Below are positions 20,965 to 28,468 of a DNA stretch of 64,000 bases, in pieces. The stretch is from the NCBI GenBank assembly GCA_021817905.1, contig JAKAFM010000002.1, positions 3,807 to 67,806 on the forward strand, in the 5' to 3' direction. The notes under the pieces were generated by a model. It saw only the letters and a program-made list of their open reading frames with translations. It was not told the DNA's origin and ran no database searches. The stretch comes from a bacterium. GTDB taxonomy: Bacteria; Patescibacteriota; Microgenomatia; UBA12405. Both the position numbers and the translations under genes were made by a program. Position 1 is the stretch's first letter. Every line of letters starts with the position of its first letter.

Positions 20965-21671
20965 TGGTGGTTAAGTTTAGATTTTAGGGTAAGGAGATCT
21001 TTTAATCCGGCAAGAACCACATTTAAGTTACTGCCGGTAGCTTTACCTCCCTGTCGTTCGTAATGATGGACTCCGATCTCAACAATCTTAAAACCTTTGT
21101 TTTTGGCTTTAATTAAAAATTCACTGCTGATGAATGGCCCCCTTTCGGCTTCCAAAGGAGGAATAGTATTGACCACCTTTTTATTTATTAGCTTAAAACC
21201 ACAATCAATATCTTTTACTTTTAGTCCGTATAGTAAGAATACGGCAATTTGCCAGATGGTAGAACCTAGTATACGATTAAATGGAACTTGGCGTTTTATA
21301 TAGTAACCAATAACAAGATCAGCCTTGGTTTCCTTTTGCTTATTAATAAAGTGAATGAGCTCCTCAAAATCAAATTGACCATCGGCATCTGTGAAAGCTA
21401 TCCATTGATATTGAGAAGCATATAAACCGCTTTTAAATGCAGCTCCATAACCTCGGTTTGCCGGATGAGTGATAATCTTAATATTTAAGGGGTACTTTTT
21501 TTTAAGTTTTAAGGCTATTTTGCCGGTGCCATCTTTTGAACCATCATTAACAATAATTACTTCCCATTTGGTGGCATTATTTTTGATAATTGGAATAGCT
21601 TTGGTGACCGTGTTTTCAATATTAGCTTCTTCGTTGTAACAAGGGAAAAAGACGGATAATTCGTTGATCAT
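20961..21671 (-). CDS. GT2 polyprenyl-phosphate glycosyltransferase (GtrB/DPM1-like)
   Basis: LSVFFPCYNEEANI...VIIVNDGSKDGT and FTDADGQ are the signature motifs. Confidence 0.75.
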   Translation of the reverse strand: MINELSVFFPCYNEEANIENTVTKAIPIIKNNATKWEVIIVNDGSKDGTGKIALKLKKKYPLNIKIITHPANRGYGAAFKSGLYASQYQWIAFTDADGQFDFEELIHFINKQKETKADLVIGYYIKRQVPFNRILGSTIWQIAVFLLYGLKVKDIDCGFKLINKKVVNTIPPLEAERGPFISSEFLIKAKNKGFKIVEIGVHHYERQGGKATGSNLNVVLAGLKDLLTLKSKLNHQ

Positions 21672-21699
21672 AAGACACTTATTATAACCATAGCTTTAG

Positions 21700-21728
21700 T
21701 TGACAAACAAGATGTTGGAAGGTATAAT
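21700..21728 (+). promoter_or_regulatory. Consensus sigma70-type promoter (TTGACA-N17-TATAAT) upstream of the DUF11 surface protein gene
   Basis: TTGACA lies at 21700-21705, a 17-nt spacer follows, and TATAAT lies at 21723-21728. Confidence 0.5.
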
Positions 21729-21755
21729 ACCCTGTAATATTTATTATAAGAACTT

Positions 21756-22340
21756 ATGAAATACATCTTGACCACACTAATGGCAGTGTTCTTTTTTTTG
21801 ATGCCTAAGATGGCTTTTGCACAGTATTATTCACAAGGATCAAATAATTATTCAATTGTTATTGATAAAAAAGTTAAAAGTGGTTCAATGTCTACTTTTT
21901 TGGACAATATTCCGGCTTCAACTTTCGTGTTTCAGGATGGTGGAACCATTGAATTTTCTGTTTTAGTTCAAAATAGCGGTAATCAGGATTTGACTTCTAT
22001 AACGGTTAAAGATATTTTGCCTGCTAATTTGAGCTTACAATATTATCCTGGTACGCTCTATAATAATACCCTTACTTGGAATATTGACCGTTTATCACCT
22101 GGTGAACAGAGAGTTTTTAGTATCCGGGCTTTAATTAAAGTTAATGATAGTGTCGGTAAACAAGTTAATTATGTTGAAGCATCAGCAAACGGTGTTAGTG
22201 ATAATGATAGTACTGTCTATTATATTGAAAAAGCAAAGGTGCCTGTCACTGGATCAAATGATTTAGTAATCAAAACCGTAGTAGTACTAATGTTTGTAAG
22301 TGGTGGTTTAGTACTCCGTAAAGTTGCCCGAGGCTACTAA
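21756..22340 (+). CDS. Secreted DUF11-domain cell-surface protein with a C-terminal sorting signal (VPVTG + TM + basic tail)
   Basis: There is an N-terminal signal peptide. ITVKDILPANLSL matches the DUF11 repeat. The C-terminus KVPVTGSNDLVIKTVVVLMFVSGGLVLRKVARGY is a tripartite LPXTG-like signal. Confidence 0.5.
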   Translation: MKYILTTLMAVFFFLMPKMAFAQYYSQGSNNYSIVIDKKVKSGSMSTFLDNIPASTFVFQDGGTIEFSVLVQNSGNQDLTSITVKDILPANLSLQYYPGTLYNNTLTWNIDRLSPGEQRVFSIRALIKVNDSVGKQVNYVEASANGVSDNDSTVYYIEKAKVPVTGSNDLVIKTVVVLMFVSGGLVLRKVARGY

Positions 22341-23521
22341 TAGTTTACATGAAGGTAATACGTAGTTATTTTGGTGATTTCATCGATAACTTTTACGTAT
22401 TGTAAAGTACAATTCTCACTTGAGATAGTAATTTTCCCTCTATATAGATTTCCATTTTGAGTTGAAAGTACACTATGGTCGGCGCTTGAAATATCAATGC
22501 CGTTATGGAAACTATAGATATTGCTGACCCAGGTGTGGCTAGTTGACCAAGTTTTACCGTAACCTTGATTAAAATCGATAGGACCATTCAGTGGCCAATT
22601 CCAGTTACCACTGGGGTTGAATGTATCTCCGTGAGAATAATCGGTATGTTGAATATCTTTTAAATAATTAAATGGATTTTGAACTGAGCCATCCGAGGAT
22701 TGAACCGTAAAATGGAGGTGGGTTCCACTTGATGAACATGATGAACCTTCGATCATGGTGGCAATCAGTGAACCGCTAGTAACTGTACCGACTTTAGTTT
22801 CGGTTCCATTTCCGGCAAGAATTGACTGAATAGCTGCCAGTTCAGCACGTGCTTGAGATAGCAATTGTTGATATTTTAATTCGTTACTTTTAGTTGCAAT
22901 TAGCAGCTGGTTTTTTGTTTCAATTTGCCGATCTAGTGTTGTTTTCTGATCAGATAATTGATTTTGGAAGTTAATAAGATCTTCTTGGCGTTGTTTTTTA
23001 ATTTGTTTTTGGTTATCAGTGGCTGTTCTGGTTGTTTCTAAGGAAATAAGCAAGTCGCGATCATATTGTTGGAGTTGTCTGGTATAGCGTATTGTATGAT
23101 AATAATAATTAAAATTATTACTGCCTAAAAATAAGGCAAGTGGGGACAATTTGGGAATTTTATAATTTTCAATTGCCCTTTGAGTGAAGATTTTTGCAGT
23201 AGTATTGAGGTTAATGTCAAGATGGGCGATTTGGTGATCTAGCTGACTTATTTCGTCTTGAAGAGAACTTATAGTGTTGGTTGTTTGGCTTATTTTTAGA
23301 TTAGTTAAATCAATCTGAGCAGTTAAGAGACTTATCTGGTTTGCTAAGGTATTTTTTGCCGAAGCAAGACCCGAAAGAATCTGGGTATATTGGTCAATTT
23401 TTGATTGAATTTCCTGAGAAGATGACGGTGATTGAGCACGGACTAGCTTTGGCTGATATATGTATAGGAACATACAGCCAATAATAAGGGGCAGCAACAA
23501 ATGCGATTGTTGCGTTTTCAT
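22337..23521 (-). CDS. Coiled-coil M23 (LytM-type) peptidase, EnvC-like activator partner of FtsEX
   Basis: It has a signal peptide and an ~230-aa coiled-coil region. The C-terminal M23 motifs are GTHLHF and HNGIDIS..H. It lies immediately downstream of ftsX with 0-nt spacing. Confidence 0.75.
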   Translation of the reverse strand: MKTQQSHLLLPLIIGCMFLYIYQPKLVRAQSPSSSQEIQSKIDQYTQILSGLASAKNTLANQISLLTAQIDLTNLKISQTTNTISSLQDEISQLDHQIAHLDINLNTTAKIFTQRAIENYKIPKLSPLALFLGSNNFNYYYHTIRYTRQLQQYDRDLLISLETTRTATDNQKQIKKQRQEDLINFQNQLSDQKTTLDRQIETKNQLLIATKSNELKYQQLLSQARAELAAIQSILAGNGTETKVGTVTSGSLIATMIEGSSCSSSGTHLHFTVQSSDGSVQNPFNYLKDIQHTDYSHGDTFNPSGNWNWPLNGPIDFNQGYGKTWSTSHTWVSNIYSFHNGIDISSADHSVLSTQNGNLYRGKITISSENCTLQYVKVIDEITKITTYYLHVNY

Positions 23522-24394
23522 TTAAAACTTAATAAGACGTTTGACTCCTGTCCAACTTGCAAATAACCCAACAAAAATTGCACCGGCTAGCTCAACAGCC
23601 AATGTCTTGGCAAGATAGATAAAATCAAAACTAAAAAAATTAACCGGTGTAAAAAAAGTATTAATTTTGTTGCGGGTGAAATAGAAAATAGCGCCGCTTA
23701 TGAGTGAACCAAGAACCATGCCTATTATGCCGTAAAACAAGCCTTCGAGTAAAAAGGGACGATTGACATACCAATTGGAAGCACCGAGTAGCCGACTAAC
23801 TCTGATTTCTTCTTTTCGATTAGTAATTTTCATTGTAATTACCGTAAATATGAATAGAAATGATACAAAACCTAAAACGGAGATAATGACTAATCCAACT
23901 TTGCGAATTGTGGTAGTCCAGGTTAGTAATGAGTCCACAACATCTTTTTGATATACAATTTCATCAATTTGGGTTTTTCTATTGGCAAAATTTTGGGAAA
24001 TTAATTCAAGTGTTTTTGGGTCATAGGCAGAAACCTCAAAAGATGCGGGTAAAATATTGGCATTTACCATTTCAAGTAGCAGTGGATTGTCTTTGTTTTG
24101 ATCGCGGTAAATTGAAAGTGCCTCATCTTTTGATATAAATTTGATAGATTTAATATTGGGATATTGGCTTATTTCTTTTTCTATACCCTCAACGGTAGGT
24201 TTATCGAGACCATCTTTTAGAAATAAAGTAATTTCCGGTTTGTTTTCGAAATAGTGGAGTACTTGAGAAAGTCCATTACTGACAATAATAAAGGAAGTAA
24301 GGACAAAAAAACTAAGCGTCATGATAAATATAGCGCCTATACTCTGAAACGGTGAACGACGGACGTGGTGCCAGGTAGTAGATAATACGTTCAT
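23522..24394 (-). CDS. ftsX: Cell-division ABC transporter permease FtsX
   Basis: 290 aa. The topology is four TM helices with a large first extracellular loop. It is adjacent to ftsE. Confidence 0.8.
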   Translation of the reverse strand: MNVLSTTWHHVRRSPFQSIGAIFIMTLSFFVLTSFIIVSNGLSQVLHYFENKPEITLFLKDGLDKPTVEGIEKEISQYPNIKSIKFISKDEALSIYRDQNKDNPLLLEMVNANILPASFEVSAYDPKTLELISQNFANRKTQIDEIVYQKDVVDSLLTWTTTIRKVGLVIISVLGFVSFLFIFTVITMKITNRKEEIRVSRLLGASNWYVNRPFLLEGLFYGIIGMVLGSLISGAIFYFTRNKINTFFTPVNFFSFDFIYLAKTLAVELAGAIFVGLFASWTGVKRLIKF

Positions 24395-24402
24395 ATTTTA
24401 TT

Positions 24403-25134
24403 TTATTTTTTATGTTTGATAATTTTTTTCTTTTTGACTGGTTCTGATGATGCGGTTGGGGTGGTCTTTGACGGCTCATCTTTAGTTATAGTTCCGTTTT
24501 CAATAGTGATTATTCGTTTATTGAGGGAATTGATAATGTCATAGTTGTGTGTAGTCATGATAATAGTCGTATGGTTGGCTTGATTAATTTCCTTTAATAA
24601 TTTTATAAGATTCCATGAATTTTCTGGGTCCAAATTACCCGTCGGTTCATCGGCAAGAATTATCTGAGGATTGATAACAAGTGCCCTAGCAAGGGCGGTT
24701 CTTTGCAGTTCACCTCCTGAAAGCTGAGCTGGAAAAAGATAGCGACGGTGTTGAAGTCCAACCTGAGTAAGCACTTCCTCAATTAAATTTTTTGCCTGTT
24801 TACTTGGGTAATTTATGATATCTAAAGCTAAGGCAATATTTTCTTCAACTGTTTTATCGGGGATAAGTTGATAGTCCTGAAAGATGACACCAATATTTTT
24901 ACGTATCTTTTCAAATACGGATCGCTTTTTTTGAGTATAATTGGTTTCACCGATAATAACTTCGCCAGCTGATGGTTTTACTTGGTTTAACATTATTTTT
25001 AAAATCGTTGACTTGCCTGCACCTGAGGGTCCGACTAAAAAGACAAAATCACCCTGTTCAACTTCAAAATTGATATCTTTAAGGGCAATAATTGGACCAA
25101 AGTGTTTGGATACCTTGGAAAATACAATTTTCAT
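24403..25134 (-). CDS. ftsE: Cell-division ABC transporter ATPase FtsE
   Basis: It has Walker A GPSGAGKST, the signature LSGGELQR and Walker B ILADEPTGNLD. The start was moved to MKIVFSKVSKHFG, which matches the FtsE N-terminus. The tracked ORF starts 24 nt earlier. Confidence 0.85.
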   Translation of the reverse strand: MKIVFSKVSKHFGPIIALKDINFEVEQGDFVFLVGPSGAGKSTILKIMLNQVKPSAGEVIIGETNYTQKKRSVFEKIRKNIGVIFQDYQLIPDKTVEENIALALDIINYPSKQAKNLIEEVLTQVGLQHRRYLFPAQLSGGELQRTALARALVINPQIILADEPTGNLDPENSWNLIKLLKEINQANHTTIIMTTHNYDIINSLNKRIITIENGTITKDEPSKTTPTASSEPVKKKKIIKHKK

Positions 25135-25136
25135 AA

Positions 25137-25610
25137 TTATTCGAGAACTTTTAGCCATCCCACATCAAGAAGCCATGCTGTTTTTTTGGAGGCATTGGTT
25201 TGGCCTTTAATTTCAACTTTTCGACCTACAAAGAGGTCTAGATCAATAACTGATGAGGTCAGAGAGGCACGTTGGGAAGGTCCACCATCTCGGTTTAGAA
25301 TGTGAGTGCCTTCTCCGTTGATGCTGCCTTTTTCAATGGTACCAGTTGCAGAATCAGAAAAGGCGGTATTGGTGTCTCCAAATATCTGACCAACTTTTAT
25401 ATCGGAGGCGTTCTTGATATCTTCACCTGGTATTGGACTAACGTCGCCGGAGGAAGAAGATGATAAAGAAGTAGATTTTATCGGAAAAAGTTTAGTTGCT
25501 CCAAAACCAAGGCCGATGGCAATAATTATTATTAGACCTAAAATCGGGAATGAAATTTTACTAGGGGTGGTTACTGGGGTTGGGATTTGACTGAGATTTG
25601 GTATATCCAT
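25137..25610 (-). CDS. Hypothetical membrane-anchored protein (N-terminal TM, Ser/Thr-rich linker, soluble domain)
   Basis: This is a 157-aa ORF between prfB and ftsE on the same strand. No recognisable family. Confidence 0.35.
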   Translation of the reverse strand: MDIPNLSQIPTPVTTPSKISFPILGLIIIIAIGLGFGATKLFPIKSTSLSSSSSGDVSPIPGEDIKNASDIKVGQIFGDTNTAFSDSATGTIEKGSINGEGTHILNRDGGPSQRASLTSSVIDLDLFVGRKVEIKGQTNASKKTAWLLDVGWLKVLE

Positions 25611-25627
25611 GGTTCAGTATAACAAAT

Positions 25628-26701
25628 TTACCGTTTTAACTCAGCCTCGATAAATGGTAATAAATCTCCATCCAGAACACCGGAAGTATCTGAAGTTTCA
25701 TAACGAGTTCGAAGGTCTTTAACCATTTTATAGGGATGTAAGACATAAGATCGTATTTGGCGTCCCCACCCGGCAATCACATTGTCGCCTTTAATTTCCT
25801 TTTGGACTCCGAGTCTTTTTTCCTCTTCCAAGGCCCACAATTTAGCGTAAAGCATGTCCATAGCTACCAGTCGATTCTGATCTTGAGAACGCTGACTCTG
25901 ACAGGAAACTGTGATTCCAGTCGGCTTGTGAGTCAAACGGACGGCAGTGGACACTTTGTTTACGTTTTGACCTCCGTGTCCTCCGGCACGATAGGCAGCA
26001 AACTCAATATCTTCAGGTTTAACTTCAATATCGGCATCATTATTAAATACAGGAGTGACTTCAACTTTAGCAAACGATGTTTGACGTAGCTTATCAGCAT
26101 TAAAAGGTGATAGTCGTACAAGTCGATGGGTTCCAGCCTCATGACGCATGAATCCGTAAACGTTGTTTCCTTTTACTTTAAAATATACCGATTTAATACC
26201 TGCTTCGTCGCCGGGTGTGTAGTCAATAACCTCACAGTTCCATCCACTTTTTTCAAAAAAACGCTGGTACATGCGTTGAAGCATTGCCGCCCAATCCATT
26301 GCTTCAGTCCCCCCTTGTCCAGCATGGATTGAAACGAAGGCATCGTGATGATCATATTTGCCGGAAAGATAAGCTTGTAGTTCTAAACTGCTTAAATCCT
26401 GATTAAGTTTTAGAAGGTGCAATTGCAGTTCGGTGACAAGTTGATCGTCGTTAGTTGTGGCTAATAATTCAGATATTTCAGTTAGATTTTTTATTTCAGT
26501 ATCAAGTTGGTCAAGTAAGGTGACTGTTTGGGTAATGTCTCCGAGGCGTTTCATAAGAGCTTGGGCGTTTGTTTGATTATCCCAAAGCGTAGGAGATTCT
26601 GATTGTTTACGAAGCGTATCAATTTCTTGTTTTAACTGATTGTAATTTAACTTAGATTTGAGAAGCGTTAGCTTTGATGCAGCTTTCGATAGTTCAGACA
26701 T
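25628..26701 (-). CDS. prfB: Peptide chain release factor 2
   Basis: It has the SPF tripeptide (LVRLSPFNA) and the GGQ motif ([10 protein letters not shown]). It aligns along its whole length with RF2. It is one uninterrupted frame with no +1 frameshift site. Confidence 0.9.
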   Translation of the reverse strand: MSELSKAASKLTLLKSKLNYNQLKQEIDTLRKQSESPTLWDNQTNAQALMKRLGDITQTVTLLDQLDTEIKNLTEISELLATTNDDQLVTELQLHLLKLNQDLSSLELQAYLSGKYDHHDAFVSIHAGQGGTEAMDWAAMLQRMYQRFFEKSGWNCEVIDYTPGDEAGIKSVYFKVKGNNVYGFMRHEAGTHRLVRLSPFNADKLRQTSFAKVEVTPVFNNDADIEVKPEDIEFAAYRAGGHGGQNVNKVSTAVRLTHKPTGITVSCQSQRSQDQNRLVAMDMLYAKLWALEEEKRLGVQKEIKGDNVIAGWGRQIRSYVLHPYKMVKDLRTRYETSDTSGVLDGDLLPFIEAELKR

Positions 26702-26702
26702 A

Positions 26703-27071
26703 TTATTTTTTTTCGATACTTTTAAGTATATTCTGATAGATTTGGGTAATTATATCTTTTTTAAATTCGATTATTTTTTGTTCTATAAATTGTGGAATTT
26801 TACCTGAAAATTGACCGGAATTACTAAGTATTTGGTTTAATTGCTCTTTTTGAGCAGGAGGAATATGACTAATAATTTGATCGATGGCTGTTTTTATATT
26901 GGGAGGGAGTTGAGTTGATGAAGTTACTCCTAATATTGTTGATGGATCAATGGTAGTTTTATTTTTGCTTAAATAGTTAATAGCACTATAGCAAAGTAAT
27001 CCAAAAATAATCAGACGAACAAAGTGACCAAAACCGAACTGAAATTCAGAGTTTTTTTTACGACGAGACAC
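26703..27071 (-). CDS. Hypothetical small membrane protein
   Basis: 122 aa with one TM helix. It is immediately upstream of prfB. Confidence 0.3.
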   Translation of the reverse strand: MSRRKKNSEFQFGFGHFVRLIIFGLLCYSAINYLSKNKTTIDPSTILGVTSSTQLPPNIKTAIDQIISHIPPAQKEQLNQILSNSGQFSGKIPQFIEQKIIEFKKDIITQIYQNILKSIEKK

Positions 27072-27097
27072 AATTTATTGTAGCAAGAAAAGATTAT

Positions 27098-27691
27098 TTA
27101 CTTGGTATTTTGAGTAATTTCGATTATTTTGTCGCCTTGTTGGATGGCATCCAAAACATCAAAGCCACTAATTACTTCCCCAAAATTAACATAATCTCCC
27201 GTAAGCTGTTGACACTGTTCTGTTGTAAAGCAAATAAAGAACTGACTGTCATTGCTATATTCTTTGGTGTCGGGAGTTCGGGCAAGACCAATACTTCCTC
27301 TCTTAAATGGAATCGAATTGAGTTCTGATTTTTCTCGACCACCGCCCGTGCCCGTTCCGGTTGGATCACCACCTTGCGCCATAAATCCGGCAATTACTCG
27401 ATGAAAAGTTAGATTATTATAAAAGCCTGAAGCTGCTTTAGTAAGAAATATTTTAACGGTATTTGGAGCTTTATCTTGGTAAAGCCTAAGGACAATTTGT
27501 CCGTTCTTAGTTTTGATGGCAACTATGGGATTATGATCCGTGTTGGTAATTTTTTGAGCGGGAATGTTTGTGATAGTAACGCTTGTGACAGGGGTGGTTG
27601 GAGTAGGAGTAGGGGTAGATGTTTTAGTCGGGAAAAGACTGCAGGCTGATAAAAGTGCGATTGAGAGCGTTAAATAGATGATCTTTTTCAT
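27098..27691 (-). CDS. Cyclophilin-type peptidyl-prolyl cis-trans isomerase, lipoprotein
   Basis: The lipobox LSAC is present at the N-terminus. FHRVIAGFMAQGGDPTGTGTGG is the cyclophilin core. Confidence 0.85.
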   Translation of the reverse strand: MKKIIYLTLSIALLSACSLFPTKTSTPTPTPTTPVTSVTITNIPAQKITNTDHNPIVAIKTKNGQIVLRLYQDKAPNTVKIFLTKAASGFYNNLTFHRVIAGFMAQGGDPTGTGTGGGREKSELNSIPFKRGSIGLARTPDTKEYSNDSQFFICFTTEQCQQLTGDYVNFGEVISGFDVLDAIQQGDKIIEITQNTK

Positions 27692-27697
27692 GGTAAA

Positions 27698-28447
27698 TTA
27701 TAGCATTTTTTCTAAAATAAGTACTTTTTTTGGACCATTGTTGATGTTTTCTTTGTGAAGATCTGGTGGAAAATCATGAATACTATCCATCAGAAGTTGG
27801 TATGAATATATAAAGTAAGCGCCGTGTCTGGTACCGACATCGTGAACTGTAAATTTTTGGATTGTGTCATCATAGCCAAGAAGGACAATATTATGGTAAT
27901 AGGGTCCAAAATTATTAAAATTATGATTTTCAAGATAGAGAATTTTTCCATTGGCAGGAATAATAATTGGAAGATCGCGACTAAGATAACTTTTTAGTTC
28001 TTCGATGGTCGGATCGGAGATGATAATTGGCTTTAATTTTAGGGATTTTTGAGCGATTAAACCCATTTGTTCGATTGAAATGTCGGCTCCAAACCCGTTA
28101 TTGTTTTCATATTCAATAAGTTGTTCCAAAGCTGTTTTGATTTCTTTGGTCGTTACTATGGCTGGATTATGGTAATAGTAGACAGTAAGAAGTGCAGCTT
28201 CTTCACAGGTGTCTTGCCAGGGCTCATTCCATTTATTTTCCGGTGCTTGCGGGACAAACATAGTATTTATAAGATGGCTTGGTGGCAATGTTGGCGTTGG
28301 AATAGGCGCTAAGGTAGAAACAATCGGAGTATTTATTGCCGGTAATTGAGATGAAATTATTGATTGAGAGTGATCTCTTGTAAAGTAAAAAGTGCCGACG
28401 GTTATGATAATAAGCAAGGTTGTGCCAATATATAGACCTTTTCTCAT
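27698..28447 (-). CDS. Membrane-anchored protein with a C39-like (papain-fold) peptidase domain
   Basis: It has an N-terminal TM helix, and WQDTCEEAAL resembles the Peptidase_C39_2 Cys motif. The start was set at MRKGLYIG so the gene does not overlap typA. The tracked ORF begins 75 nt earlier. Confidence 0.35.
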   Translation of the reverse strand: MRKGLYIGTTLLIIITVGTFYFTRDHSQSIISSQLPAINTPIVSTLAPIPTPTLPPSHLINTMFVPQAPENKWNEPWQDTCEEAALLTVYYYHNPAIVTTKEIKTALEQLIEYENNNGFGADISIEQMGLIAQKSLKLKPIIISDPTIEELKSYLSRDLPIIIPANGKILYLENHNFNNFGPYYHNIVLLGYDDTIQKFTVHDVGTRHGAYFIYSYQLLMDSIHDFPPDLHKENINNGPKKVLILEKML

Positions 28448-28468
28448 ATTATATTGTATAATACTCGA

